Assembly (NCBI GenBank): GCA_025603075.1 | Contig: MU626360.1 | Coordinates: forward strand, 13,531-77,530 | Length of the DNA: 64,000 nt | Direction of reading: 5' to 3' | Source of the DNA: Neoconidiobolus thromboides FSU 785 | Taxonomy: Eukaryota > Fungi > Entomophthoromycota | Shown here: in pieces, positions 11,096 to 25,435 of the stretch | How positions within the stretch are numbered: position 1 is the first letter of the stretch | Layout of the letters: every line of letters starts with the position of its first letter | The notes under the pieces: generated by a model | Databases searched by the model: none | What the model saw: the letters and a program-made list of their open reading frames with translations, nothing else | Told to the model about the DNA's origin: nothing | Translations under genes and position numbers: made by a program

Positions 11096-11906
11096 TTTAA
11101 ACAAACAAAACAAAGTAATTAAAGTATAATAAAAAGAAAAGTGAAGTTTTAGTTATCTATTTTAATTGCTTTTATGCATTTTTTTTGTTGATTTAATCTA
11201 TTGACATTAAATTTAACGCTTGACCAGTTACTAGCTATTTTTGTTCGTTATATTGCCTAATTAATTAAAATCATTTGCATATAAAATGATCAAGTATGTG
11301 AAGAGCTTATTGGTTAAGAACTTTGTTGTTACATTTTTACTAAAAAATACGCTCCTATTTAATAACAAGTATTTTGTTATCATCTTACTTATCAATGGTA
11401 CCTCAAGTGTTAGTACGTTCAACATCTATTAAAATTTTGATTAACTTGGGGTTTATTACTATATACTAAATGGTAGAAGGCAATAAAGTAATAAAAATAA
11501 CCCTTTTTAATAATATAGTTACATAATAGTTCCCTTTTATGCATTTAATAGATTAGAAAACAAGTTAATATTATTAGTTTAGTCAATTCTTAGAATTTTT
11601 CTTGGCGATAAACTTATTTTTAAGCTGTGCCTATATCATTGGCTGATAAAAATGCCGCTTAATAGAGTAAAAATAGATAAGCCAAAACAAAAAAGTAGAG
11701 TCTTAAGGTACATCAATTAAAGAACATTTAATTAAAAAGTTGATCACTTGGTATGCGTAGTATTTTCATGGATTGATTTTTGAAAATGGCCTAATAAGTC
11801 AAATTAATCTTAAATCATGTGCCTACGATATAATCACATTTATTCATCATCTAATGTTTAAATCTAGTAAGCTAAAGTACAAAAACTGTACTAAAAACAA
11901 TAAGCA

Positions 11907-11979
11907 GCTTCTTTGGCGCAGCTGGCAGCGCGTGAGTCTCATAATCTCAAGGTCGTGGGTTCGATCCCCACAGGGAGCA
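11907..11979 (+). tRNA. tRNA-Met(CAT), elongator type
   Basis: Acceptor GCTTCTT/AGGGAGC, loop CT-CAT-AA, T-loop TTCGATC; lacks the initiator A1-U72 pair and the GGG/CCC anticodon stem. Confidence 0.93.
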
Positions 11980-12147
11980 TTTTTTGTCTTTTTCATACAT
12001 AATGATCAATGTAATATACCAAAGAAAAATATAAAAACATCAAATTAGTTTATTTGTAAGTGTCAATCAAACCGCAGAAGTAAAGAAAAAAATATGATTA
12101 AAGTGAAAAAAAACAAAGATAAACAAACAAAGCATCGATATTTTTTT

Positions 12148-13839
12148 CTAAATCATAAGCACCTTAAGTCGATTTCGTACCCCAGCAATTTTAGAATCTA
12201 GAGAATCTAGTTGTTGCTCTAATTCGTATTGCTTTAATCTTAATGTCTTAGTTACTTTACTGATAGGGATTTTAGAATAAGCTTGCGTCACTTTCTTTTT
12301 TTCTTCCATTAATTGATCTAATTTATTATTTAAATAATCCAATTCACTCTCTTCATTCTCTTTATACTCCATCGTTGGTGAGGATAATGGTGTATCATTC
12401 ATACTGCTACTAGTTTTTATTAGTTTGATTCAAATTACTATTGGAAGTTTTATACTTACCCTTCCTTAATGTTTTCACTATTATCGTTGTTTAAACTATA
12501 AACGGAGATATTAAAAAACACAAATATCAAATAAATAAAAGACTACCTTAAAGTAAGTGAGTGTCTCTTTTTAACTTCTTCCTTGATAATTGGGCTTAAA
12601 AATACTTGGAATTGTTCAACTTTATCCTAATCATAAATGTTAGCTATCGGATTGTTTAGCTGTTGTCTGATTTACTTTAAGATCCTGATTCTCTTTTTTA
12701 TAATTTTGAATATCCTTTTCATATTTCTGAACTTTTCTATATAAATGTTTAGTATAAAATCCCTTATTTGTAATGTTTAATCTTACTCTTCCAATTCTTG
12801 GATTTTACTCAAGTCTTCCTCGTTATTCTAAATAAATTTATTAAACACACTATTTTATATGTTATAATCGACTTGCCTTGTTTTCTTTAACTGTATTTTC
12901 AAGCTCACTACACAAAGCTGGTTAGCGTCTCAATAATACGTTAAAAGTATAACTTACTTAACCTTGACTAAATTTAATTTATAAACTGCTTTGAGTTCAG
13001 CCAATTCCAATCTAATAGAATCATTTTGATCCTAATAATGTAAATATTTTTTCTGATGACTTAATAAACTTTACTTTTTCTTCTTTGAGCCAAACTTTAA
13101 GTTGATCTCTTTCTAAAGTAAGCGAAGCTTTAATTTCACTTAACTCAGTTTCTTTAAATGTAAGGTCTAAAATCATCATTAATAACCTTCATATTATTAT
13201 TGTCTTTTATTTTTACTTTCAACTCTCTTTTTATTGTGCATATAATTAGTAGTAATATCGTCCATCTGTTTTAATAATTTCTTATTTTCTTCTTCAAGTT
13301 CCATATTCTAAATAGAAGCGATTACATTAAAAACAAAATATACAACAAGAATAATTACCTTTAAACTTAACTCCTCCTTTTCGTCCAAAACCTCTTGTAA
13401 ATTATTACTCTCTTCTATCATATCGAACTCTTGTTTGACTTGTAACTTATTTTCCAAAAGTTTAATTTTATTTAATAAACCATCAAGCTCTTTTTCTAAT
13501 ATTTGAATCCTCTCATTTTTCTCTGTTTGCTTCTTTTCCCCTTCCTTAACCTTGACTTCATAACTCTCTCTTTCTACTGACATTTGTCTCACTTTCTGCT
13601 GTAACATTTGTAACTCTTTTTCTTTTTCAAAGTTTACTTCGATCGGACTGGTCTTATTATTTTTTATACTAAAGGGTTTTTTTTACTCAATAGCTATTAA
13701 TTTAACTTTGATGTTATCAAAATTACCTAAATCCACTATCATGGCTCGCAATTTCTTTAATACTTAAGTCCTGGCTGCTTTTATTATCGACCTTCATCAA
13801 CCAGTTTCCGGTTTTAAATTTTAATTTACCAAGGCCCAT
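12148..13839 (-). CDS. Multi-exon coiled-coil protein of unknown function
   Basis: E/K/L-rich exons (ORFs 13308-13607 and 12148-12402) joined by GT-AG introns; the first exon reads MGLGKLKFKTGNWLMKVDN. Confidence 0.65.
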
Positions 13840-14389
13840 ATTTGTACTCTTTTAAATATTAATCAAAGCTAAAGTAGATGTTACTATTATTTAGTTTAGT
13901 TTGTACAATATTTAACTAAGTGGAAAGCAATTATAAAGAAATTAAGGATGTTGATTTTAAGCTTGAATTTTTTTTCTTTCCCAATAATAACACCGAGCCA
14001 ATTAAACTACTGCTTCTCCGTTTTTTTAATTAAATCGTTTTTGAACTGTTTGTGATGCTACTGTTTGAGTTAAATTGCTTATTAAGCGTTATGTCAATGA
14101 TTAGCATTATAATTTTAAAAAAATAAAATAAAGATAATACTGATGAAATCAGTAATAAATTTTATAATGAAGCTATTGATTATTAATGAAGGCAGTGTAA
14201 ACAATAGTAAAAGTAATATAAATAATAATTATATTAGCAATAAATAACTTTAAAACAAGTTTAATTGAAAACTTATAACTTAGACTTTAAATCCAAATAA
14301 GCGAAAAATTAATACCCAAACAAAAAAGCAAAAAAACAAAAAATAAAAGGTTATTGAAATTTTGTTTCTTATTTTTAAAAAACAAATAA

Positions 14390-15523
14390 ATGCGCAACCG
14401 AAGTGAAGATAGCAACGAAAATAGTAGAAGAAGAGGCAGGGATGATGAGCCTAATATAACCTCAGTAGTAGGATCCAATCCAGATTCACCTTTATCTATT
14501 GCATTACAAGAGCTACTGTCAGCCATAAATGGTAATAGTTTACAAGCTGGTTATCGTAGTCGTAATTTACGACAAAGAGGCAGAAGTGGGAGTACTAGAA
14601 GAATACGTAAAAAAATGATGTTACCAAAGGATAAAAGTTTAGCTATTATATCTTCTTCATTTAGAAATTTATCAAGCCGTAGTACAACAGAATATACATT
14701 GCATTTTGATGTAATTAAATCAGATGGTGGAGAGCATAAGTAAGTGTTTATTTTTAATGAATTGGGAAAGATTGTTAAGATTTAGTAGCCATATATATTC
14801 GATTAATAATATTTTAAGTGAGGATAGTGGGGTTTATAGGTAATATTAAGAAAATGATAATGATTAATGATGATAACTAAAATATTCTAGTTCCCAAAAA
14901 AAACAGAATGTAAATGTATTATTAAAATTTAATCCAGGGATCACAGGGGTAGCAGATCCAAGCTGTGTAATCACAAAAGCAACTGCTCAATCCCCCTTTG
15001 AAGGATTTACTGCGCCTTGTAATTTATTTTTTATCTATTAGTTTATATTGATCTTAAATTTATAAGGTACTGAAATAATTTTGTTTTTAAGTCACAAAGC
15101 GATTCAAATAGAAGGTATTTTATTCTTTTCAAGTTAATATAAAAATTATTTAATAATGGCACAAGATTTATATTAATATGATTTTCTTTTGTCAGATATG
15201 GAAAAATACGATGATATAAGCTATGAAGAATATAGACAATGTGTAAAAGAACCAGAAAAGCACCCATGGAGGGTTAAAGACTTGCCGGTTGATTCCTATA
15301 TTATATTAGACAAAGATAAAAATTACGTAAAAACACAGACTATACCATTTAGGTAACAATAATAACATCATCGCTTAAAAAACACATTTATTTACTTATG
15401 ATTTAATTGAATAGAATGGCACGTTATATCGGACTCAAATTGATTCGATCTCAAGGAGATTTAGGCAACATTGATTTTCAGTATTTTAGTGTTAAAGGTA
15501 AAAAAGAATCAAGAATAGGTTAA
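14390..15523 (+). CDS. Conserved-looking multi-exon fungal protein of unknown function
   Basis: Splicing gives an open reading: LHFDVIKSDGGEH..YSINNILSEDSGVYSSQKKQNVNVLLKF..QSPFEGFTAPC..RYIGLKLIRSQGDLGNIDFQYF*. Confidence 0.7.
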
Positions 15524-15660
15524 ATGAATCATTAATTTAAGAGCTAGGTTTTTCTGGCCCCCGTTCGTTTTCTAAGGCAGATATATGCTAAAAAAAGATA
15601 TAATATAGTATAATATAGTATAATATACTATTATATTATATTAGTAGCTATTTTTTTAAT

Positions 15661-16537
15661 TTAATTTAATAAATTCATTGGTTCAATTTCTAAACCTTGT
15701 ATTTTATCTTTAGTGTTTATCGGTTGGGATTTAAGATTTAACTATAATATGATAAATGTATTAATATTAAATTAGTAATAAATAAATTTACTTTATATGG
15801 AAATACAAATTTATCTTTAGAAGTAATTGGAGGTATATGCTCTTTAAACTGATCCATGGTATGTATAATACTCATCAGTATTTTTTTAATTTGTCTTTCT
15901 TTATTAGTGTTATTATAATTAGCGTTAGTATGATCTATTAAATTATTAGATTAGATTATTATACTAGCATAAATAGAATTAATTTGCCATTCAATATTAA
16001 ACTCCAATGCTCCCAGTCTACTTCTTCTTCTGTTACTGAAAACCAGGCCTTTCTATACTTGCGCTCCATTAAAGTTAGTTCAATCTAATATATAAATTAC
16101 CAATTATTTCTTTAATAACTTTTAATCCTTACCAGCCATAGATGCTCTTTATCGATTTTGATCCTATTTATTGCTTCATAAGTTATACTCTCAATCTTAC
16201 TTTTTAAAGCCTCATCTTTGACTTTTAACTAAATTAACATTACTATATTGCTTTCTTTCAATATTATTATATTGCTTAATTACATAATGTAGCTCATTTT
16301 CGCTTTCTATTGGTTGTATAATACCAAATACACGATGAAATAATATGGTATTTAAAATAGCTAATATTTATAATATAAATATCCCAATATTACTATCTAT
16401 AAGTTAATACTAACCTAATAAACTTTCTTTATCTATAGCAATCCATTTTTCCTAATTAAACAAGCAAGTCAATTTATGCTCTTATTCTTCGCTTAACTAA
16501 ATAAATTTACTAAATCAATTTTAAACTGTGCGACCAT
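15661..16537 (-). CDS. ATG101: Autophagy-related protein 101-like, multi-exon
   Basis: Manual exons: AILNTILFHRVFGIIQP, KAWFSVTEEEVDWEHWSLILN, HIPPITSKDKFVFPYK. These resemble ATG101 conserved blocks. Missed by the ORF track. Confidence 0.75.
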
Positions 16538-16835
16538 GATATAAATAATAAAAGAACAGAAATAAATTGATTCTTTTAATTTTTCTAATTGCTTGTTTTA
16601 ACCGTTTCTTTTTTAAGCTAAATATATTCCATAAAACTGAAATGAAACAATAAATTGAAATTATTGGCTGTTACTGGATTTAGCCAATGATCAATTAAAA
16701 TACTCAAATAAAGGGATGACCTCACAATTAAATACAAATTATGAAAAAATGAAAAAATGAAAAAACAAAAAGCTATAAATTAAAAGGAAAACCAACTTTA
16801 AGCTATTTATTTTGTATTTTTAAAAACAATCAAAA

Positions 16836-18855
16836 ATGTTATTATTGCTTCGTAATTTAAAATTAGTTAAAGCCCAAAACAAAGTGTTAAGCTCTTTGAT
16901 TAAAAATAATAGCTTTAGTACTACAAAGTCAGTTAAAAACGTCATTCAACTTCATAATGAAAGGGTAAGATTACTATTTGTTTTTATTGTCATTATTGAA
17001 TATTTATTTAGCTTATGAAAAATACGTTGTTAAATGAAATCAAGTCAAGTCTTGAGGATGACGGAGGCACTTTTTTAGTAAACGGTGAGATTACATACAA
17101 GTATTTATATCTGGCAATATAGTTAAAATAAAATTAGATCCATCAACTCAGTCTCCACTAGCTAAAGTAAAAGAGATGGGTAAAAAAGAGGGAGAAGACA
17201 AGATCAGGGAAAGTTATGATTTGTTTCATTCTCCTTCGTGGAAAGAACTGGGTATTAAAGTACTATTGGTTTCTCATTGATATCAAGTACTAATTCATGA
17301 TTATAGCAAAGGCACGATAAGTTACGACAATTATATGATTTAATGATCAAAAATGAAAAGGAGTTAGCTACTATCATTACTTTAGAAAATGGAAAGGTAA
17401 TTTTATTTGACTCAATAAAGGTGTATTAATTTAATGCTTTTATTGTAGACATTTAATGAGGTAATTATTTTAAGCTAGTTGTTATATGTAAATTAAAATA
17501 CTAGTCAATCGGTGAAGTAAGATATGCTGCTTCTTTTATAGAGTGGTTCTCAGAGCAAACATTACGTATTGATGGAAGTGTCATTAATTCCGAGAATAAA
17601 GATTCAAAATATTTAGTAGTAAAAGAACCGGTTGGTGTTGTTGGGATAATTACACCTTGGAATTTTCCATTAGCTATGATCACTAGGAAATTTGGCGCTG
17701 CTTTTGCTGCAGGTTGTACAACAGTAATAAAACCAGCCTCTGAGACCCCGTTAACCTGTTTAGCATTTGCTAATTTATTGAAAAAAGTTGAAATACCTGA
17801 AGCCTCTTTTTCTGTCATAACTACACATGAAAGCACTAAGGAGATTGGAAAGTTATTATGTCAAAGTGATTTGATTAGTAAAATTTCATTTACTGGATCA
17901 GTAAGTTGTTATTTTTATATCATAGTTGATTCATTTACCATATACTTAGACTATGGTTGGTAAGTTATTACTAAGAGATAGTAGTGATACTGTAAAGAAA
18001 GTAAGTATGGAGTTGGGTGGTAATGCGCCTTTTATTGTGATGGGTAATTCTTATATACCATACCATTATTATATTGATGCAATATTTTAAATTAGAAAAC
18101 TCTGATATTGGCAAAGCAGTGCAATGTAATCATATTATTATTATTTTTTAATAGTTACATAATAATTTTATTAGGCTTAGTTCAGGGCAAATTCCGTAAC
18201 TCTGGGCAGACATGTGTTTGTCCGAACCGAGTTTATATTCAAGATACTATTTATGATGCGTTCTTAAATAAACTAACTAAGAAGGTTGAAGAATTAAAAG
18301 TAGGTAATGGATTTAAAGAAGGAGTAACTGTAGGCCCATTGATCAATGAAAAGAGCATAATTAAGATAGAGAAATTGGTTAAAAATAGTATTGAATTAGG
18401 AGCTAAAATAGTATGTGGTGGGAATCGAGTCAATGATAATGACGTTGAAGGATATTTTTATCAGCCAACAATAATCAAAGATGCTAATCCTAAGATGGAT
18501 ATCTCATGCAATGAAATATTTGGTCCTGTCTTAGTGTGTTACAAGTTTAGTAGCTTAAAAGAGGCAATTGAGTTGGCTAATGATTCAGAATACGGGTTAG
18601 CTGCTTACGCGTTTACTAATGATTTAAAAGAGGCATTTGAATTAGCTAATAAAATTCAATCTGGCATGGTTGCTATCAATGCAGGTAGTGTGTCTAGTAC
18701 TTTGGCACCATTTGGTGGGGTTAAGCACTCTGGGTTTGGAAGAGAAGGTGAGTAGCTTATATTGATGATTATGAATGCTAATAGTAATTTTTTTAGGCTC
18801 AAAATATGGGCTTGATGACTATCTTAATATAAAAACGGTCAATTTAAACTATTAA
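16836..18855 (+). CDS. Succinate-semialdehyde dehydrogenase (ALDH family), mitochondrial-type presequence, multi-exon
   Basis: [63 protein letters not shown]. Confidence 0.93.
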
Positions 18856-18929
18856 ATAAATAAAGATCAAATGTATGTTAGCAAAGATATTATTTTATAT
18901 TATTATAATGTGCCGAAATAGAATAGCAA

Positions 18930-19003
18930 GCTCGTATGGCGCAATTGGCTAGCGCGTTCGACTGTTAATCGAGAGGTTGCTGGTTCGATCCCAGCTATGA
19001 GCG
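18930..19003 (+). tRNA. tRNA-Asn(GTT)
   Basis: Acceptor GCTCGTA/TATGAGC, loop CT-GTT-AA, discriminator G, T-loop TTCGATC. Confidence 0.95.
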
Positions 19004-19618
19004 ACAACCATGATTATATTTCTTTTTTTATTAAAATAAAGTAATGTTATATTTTAAGTAGTTTTTCATAATATAATAGATTGTTTGATAGTAAGACCAT
19101 AGCAGTCATTTTTCAAATAACGAAATCGAATATGCCTTTAAATGACTTATTGATTTATAATATAAATTAATCAATAAAAATAGAAGGGCATGAAGCCAAA
19201 CCTCATGTCTACTATAGTACCTTATTAAGAGAGCTTTTATAAAACCATTCTTCGGTCCATACATTTTTCAATTCATATCAAATGGATTGTAAAATAGGGT
19301 ATGAAGGCCCCTTTTAATATAGTAGTCTTGCGTGAACCCTGTGATAGTTCAAAAAACAGGTATTTAAAAGTTAGTTAAAAGTGATGTGGAAAGGCTCAAG
19401 GTAAAAGCCAATGTAATTGATGTTATAATTTAGTTCATGAGAATCTGGATAGATTAATAAAATTCTAGTACAGTAGACTTTTACTAAGGGATTGGCAAAA
19501 AAATCCATAACCTAATGAATTTTCTAAGTTATTATAAAGTAACTAGAATTTGTTTTGGATTTGGAATAAAACGTTATAATTATTTATTTAATACAGATTT
19601 AAAATATTTGGAAGTTTA

Positions 19619-21824
19619 TTAAATGGCAGCAGTTTGTTTCTTTAACCAACTTAAAGTAAAATCATCATCTTTAAGGAGTGGAGATAAAGTATTATAAACT
19701 CTTTGATGGTAAGAATTTAAATAATCAACTTCAAATTTAGATAATAAGTCCTTATTAATCAATTTAGTGTGAATAGGAACCTAAAAAACAAGATACATTA
19801 ACATTCATCATATTTGTTGTCACAAAATAAAATTTACCAAAGTTACATTTTCAAATCCATAATATTCTAGATTACCAAAATTCTTTAAACCTTTTACTTC
19901 TTTAACAATCAGTATATTTTCAGTACGAATACCAAATTTGCCATCTTCATAATACCCAGGTTCATTGGTAACAGTCATATTAGGCTGTAATGGGATATCT
20001 AAATAATTTCTACGGAATCCAATACCTTGTGGACCTTCATGAACGTTGAGGTAAGATCCTACACCATGTCCAACACCATGACGGAAATCTAAACCACTAC
20101 GCCATAATGGAGCACGGGTAATGGAATCTAAATGGAAACCTAATTATAAAAATTAAGAACCAATTGTCGATATTAAATAATATTCTATTTACCAGTTGTA
20201 CCCTTTGGAAAAGTTTGAGTTTCTAAGGTAATAACACCTTGTAACACTCTAGTGAAAGCTTCTTTTTCAAATTCTGTTGGTGAACCAAAATGCCAAGTAC
20301 GTGTTACATCGGTAGTACCATCTCTATTGAAGAAAAAATATGTATATTAAAATCCATCTAATAAAAAACTAAACTAGAATGAAGAATTACTTATATTGAG
20401 CTCCTGAATCACAAAGATACATTTGGTTAAGTTGGATTTGATCACATTTTTGATGAGTTGGATGATAATGAATGATTGCTCCATTAGGTCCAGTAGATGA
20501 AATAGTAGCAAAAGAATCCGAAACAAAATCTTGATTGACTTTTCTAAATTCTAATAATTTATCAGCAGCTTCAGCTTCAGTGATTGGATTTTTAGAATAA
20601 TCCGATTTGGTAAGTAAATCTTCTAAATAAGCAAAATATTTGACTAAAGCAACTGCATCACGTACATGACAATTTCTAAATCCATCTAATTCAATATCAT
20701 TTTTAATAGCTTTTGCTAATACTATTGGACTAACTCCTAAGGATACATTATCTTTTCCTAGACTTTCTAATAATGCTAAACTGGCATTTTTAGGCAATAA
20801 TATCTTTTCTTGTTTTATAGTGGTACTTAATGTAGTTAAATGTTTTAATATTTCTTCATATTCTTTAATTATTACTTTATCACCTAAATATTGTTTAATC
20901 TTGTCATTAATTTGTTCTTTATGAATATATAAAGTAACTTCATCATGAGTAATAGTAGCATAAGCAAAAAACACTGGATTATAGATGATATCAGAACCTC
21001 TTAAATTAAATAACCAAGCAATTTCATCTAAAGCAGAGATAACTAAACCAGAGTATTGATGTTGTAATAATTTGGATCGAACTAACTTCAATTTATCTTC
21101 AAAAGAAATACCTGAATATTTCAGTTCTAAAATTTCAATTTCATTTTTAGTTCTCTTTGGCTGATTGTTCCAAACTTGATCAATTAAATTCTCTTCAATA
21201 GAAACCAATTTTAATCCTTTGTTCTGAGCATTTAAATTACTTTTAACTAACTCAGCTTCTGAAATGGAAATTAGTTTTGAATCAACACCAACCCTTCCAT
21301 TTTCTGGTAATATACTTGAAATAAAATCATACCATAATGGGGTACTACTTTCTCCTTGTTTTTTTAGTTCCCAATTGCTATCCAATTGCTCATTAGCTTG
21401 TAAATAATATCTTCCATCGGTAAATAAATAAGCCTTTTCTAATCCAATAATAGCAATACCTAATAGGAGGAGAGGATTAATTTGTCTGAGTTATAAGAGA
21501 ATGTAGAATAATTTGAAATTACCTGCAGATCCATCGAAACCTGAGATATAACTACGACGTGCATCAACATCCGCAGTGTATTCACTCTATAATAGATAAG
21601 TATGGTATAATAATATATGAAATTAAGATTACTTGGTGAGCGTCACCGGAAGGTACAATATAAGCATGAATGTTATACTCCTGTTTTTTCATCAATTGAC
21701 GTAATTGATTGACTTGTGAACTAGTATCTATTGGACTCATTGTCGTTATTTTTCTTATAGAGAGTAATGGATTGAAGTAGAGTTTGGGTTTTAAAAGAGT
21801 TTTGGAAAGAAATGAAAATAACAT
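19619..21824 (-). CDS. Xaa-Pro aminopeptidase (M24B, aminopeptidase P), multi-exon
   Basis: [62 protein letters not shown]. Confidence 0.95.
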
Positions 21825-22088
21825 GGTAAATAAATTGAGGTGTTTATGAATTGCTTTTTTTCAAGATGGGAAAGAAGATTATTGGATAGTGATTTCATTT
21901 TAGTCATCTATTACGTGGATGGCGTTTTATTTGTTAAGTTTTTATTTTTTCTTCCGAATTGTGTTGCTGATTTTGAATGGAAATTACATTTCAATAATAG
22001 TCACTTTAGTTTATTAATTATATATAGTAGTAATGACAGAATGAAACAAAAATAATGAGTTAGTATATTTTTTATTTATTTATTTAAT

Positions 22089-22877
22089 TCAACTAAACTT
22101 TACACAATCCAAATTATTTTGTAAAAATAATTTAGCTTTATTTTCTTTTTCTAATACTTTAATACTTTCTTTTAATAATAACAAGGGTATATTAAAAAAT
22201 TCTATAATAAATAAACAAATAAAGTTAATATATACTCAATATTATTATACGAATACTATTATATTACCTTCATTCTTATGGTCTTCATCATCAATTAAAT
22301 CCATTAATAAAAAAGTTTTATTATTTTGACCGTTATCCTTTACCTGTTAAAAAAGAAACAGACGAATTAATTTATTGTATTATAAAAGAATTAGCAATAA
22401 TATCTATTACCCATTGATAAATAATATCAGCCCATTCATTAGGTTTTCTCCATAATATAATAAATTTCTCATCTTCGAATAATACTAATTTACATTTATA
22501 CATCTCAGTTACAATCTCTTTTAAAAAATCTAAATTCAATTTTCCTAATGAAGAAAATAACATTAACATTACATTCTATATTTTTATAGAATAATATAAA
22601 TATATATTGGAACTTACTTCCTATTTTTTTATTTTCGAAACATTCCATCGATATATCTTGTTTATTGAATAAATTTATGTCTAACAAAAATAGACGATGA
22701 TAATAATAATAATTTAGTATTATTTGTTTCCAATGTTCTATTTGTTCTTCTTGTATTTTAGGCACTATTTGTTTACTATATTTAGGTTAGCAAATAAGGG
22801 TTGAAAAGAGTTGGGGTAATACTAGATTACCTAAATAAAGGCGGAAAATCAAAGATCTTTGGATATTGAAAACTCAT
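22089..22877 (-). CDS. VPS25: ESCRT-II subunit Vps25, multi-exon
   Basis: MSFQYPKIFDFPPLF.. first exon, WRKPNEWADIIYQWV, C-terminal ..CVKFS*. Confidence 0.85.
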
Positions 22878-23041
22878 TTTATAGAAGGGGTTAGTTAATA
22901 AAAGAAAAAAATAAAGCTGTGAATGCTTCATAATTATTCGATTTTAATTGGGTGATGGTATTTTCAAATTTTAAATTTCACATTAATTTCTAAAGAAATA
23001 TTAATTTTTGTTTTTTTATTTGATTGTTCAATATTTCAATA

Positions 23042-24921
23042 ATGGAAAAAAATAAAGAAGACGTTATCGAGGATACTACACTCATTAATAAAATCAATAA
23101 AAAACTAACTTATTATTATGATACTGACTACCCAATAAAAAACTTTTTATTGATAGTATTAGTAGCCCTATTACTTCGATTAACTGTAGCGTTAGGTAAC
23201 TACTCAGGTAATTCAACACTCTTCTCACATTTACTTCTTATCCACTAACAATCCCCTTTAGGCTTTGGAAAATCCCCTTTATATGGTGATTTTGAAGCCC
23301 AACGACATTGGTTAGAAATTACTTTAAATTTAAAACCTAAAACATGGTATTTTTATGATTTACAATATTGGGGTTTAGATTATCCACCAGTAACAGGATA
23401 TCATTCTTTACTATTAGCTAAAATCGGAAATTATATTAATCCAAGTTGGTTTGAATTAGTTACTTCTAGAGGAAATGAGGATAAAAATTTAAAAATATTT
23501 ATGAGATTGACAGTAGTTTTTAGTGAAATATTGACTTTTGTTTTACCATTGTTTATGTTTGTTTTGGCTTGTATGGATATCAAAGCGAAAAAAGAATTGC
23601 AATTAAAATCGGTAAATTTATTTATTTATTATATTTAGTTACTTAATTATATATATTGTTATAGTTATTTACTCTATCATTTATATTATTTAACCCTTTA
23701 TTAATCATTATAGATCATGGACATTTTCAGTAAGTAAAATATAAAATAAATTAAAATAAACCAAATTAACTTAATTCATTACTTTAGATATAATTGTGTT
23801 ATGTTAGGATTCTTAATCTTTAGCTTATATTATATTCAACAAAAGGATTATATTAAATGTAGTGTATTTTTTTGTTTGTGCGTTGGATTTAAACAAATGG
23901 CATTATACTATTCATTACCGATATTTGCTTATCTATTAGCCAAATGTTTATTTCCAATGAATTTAATAAGGTTAATTAAAATTGGTGCTACAGTTATTGT
24001 TACTTTTGGTTGTTTATTATATCCTTTAATTTATCAAGAAAATGATTGGCTAGATATTATAAAGCAAGTTTTTATTAGAATCTTTCCATTACAAAGAGGC
24101 TTATTTGAAGATAAAGTAGCTAACTTTTGGTGTAGTTTGAATATTTTAATTAAATTAAGGAATTATTTTAAAGTGGATGAATTGGCTAAAATTAGGTAAA
24201 ACTAAACTTTTTATACATTAATAAGATTATAAACGTTAACTATTTATAGTGCTTTAACAACTTTAATCACGTGTTTACCCTCATTTTATAAATTATTAAG
24301 GAAACCTTCGATGCCCAGATTATTACTAACGTTAACTATCCACTCATTTTCGTTCTTCTTATTTTCATTTCAAGTACATGAAAAATCTATCTTGTTACCA
24401 ACACTTCCCTTGTTTTTATTTTTATTTGTTATTAAGGCTTATGATATTAAAAAATGGAATACTACAATTACAAATGAAAATGTGGTATTGTTTACTAATG
24501 TAGCGATGTTTAGGTAAGAATTTATATGATTTCATTAGTAGTTACTAATGACTAATATATTTTTTAGTTTATATCCCTTAATTAAAAAAGATAATTTAAT
24601 ATCCGAATATTATGGATTAATTCTATTTTTCAATACATTATTTAACAATACTTCTATAACTAATAGATATAATGTAAGTTTTTTATCTATCCATCATACA
24701 ACTCTCATAATCAAATTCATCAACCTTTAATTTTTTAGTTGATTTACCTACCGATTATTATATGGCATATAGCAGAATTGTTTTTATTACCTCCAACAAA
24801 ATTACCCGATATTTTTACTGTACTTAATCAAGCGTATGCTTCAGTTGTGTTCTTAGGTTTTTGGCTGATATTAAATGTTATTTCCTTCTACAAACCAGTA
24901 ACTAAAAGTAAAAAAGAATAA
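23042..24921 (+). CDS. ALG6: Dolichyl-P-Glc:Man9GlcNAc2-PP-dolichol alpha-1,3-glucosyltransferase, multi-exon
   Basis: PLYGDFEAQRHWLEIT, YWGLDYPP, DHGHFQ, FKQMALYY, RIFPLQRGLFEDKVANFWC, FQVHEKSILLP. Confidence 0.95.
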
Positions 24922-25435
24922 TAAAATAAAATAGCTAGCAATAAAAGTAAATAAAAAAATTAATATATTTTTATTTGATTTAAAATTCGCTGAATGTAAG
25001 CTGTACAGAAATTAAAATTACTGTTATTGTATGTTATGTTTGGATGATAAATTTTATAAGACTTTATTAGCATAAATGACATAGCTAAAGATTATGTCAA
25101 AATGACTGTTAATTGGAATTATTTATAGTAAATGCTTAATATTAGTAGAGGAATTTAATGCCAAAATAGTTGTAACTAAATCACAATCACTATTAAGTAG
25201 AATTATGATCATTATGTACTGAATTGAAATCGTTATGATAAACTTTATTGTTTCGTTGAATAAAACTTAATCCATTATGCATTAAAGTTATAGTAATTTT
25301 ACACAAGTATTATTCAACTAAGCTGGGATTAAAAAGTATATAAAATGGATATAATCAATCCTTTGCTTAATCTAATTTATAAAGTTTAAAATACAAGTAG
25401 ATCTAACCTTTTGTTTTCTTCCATTTCACTTCAAT

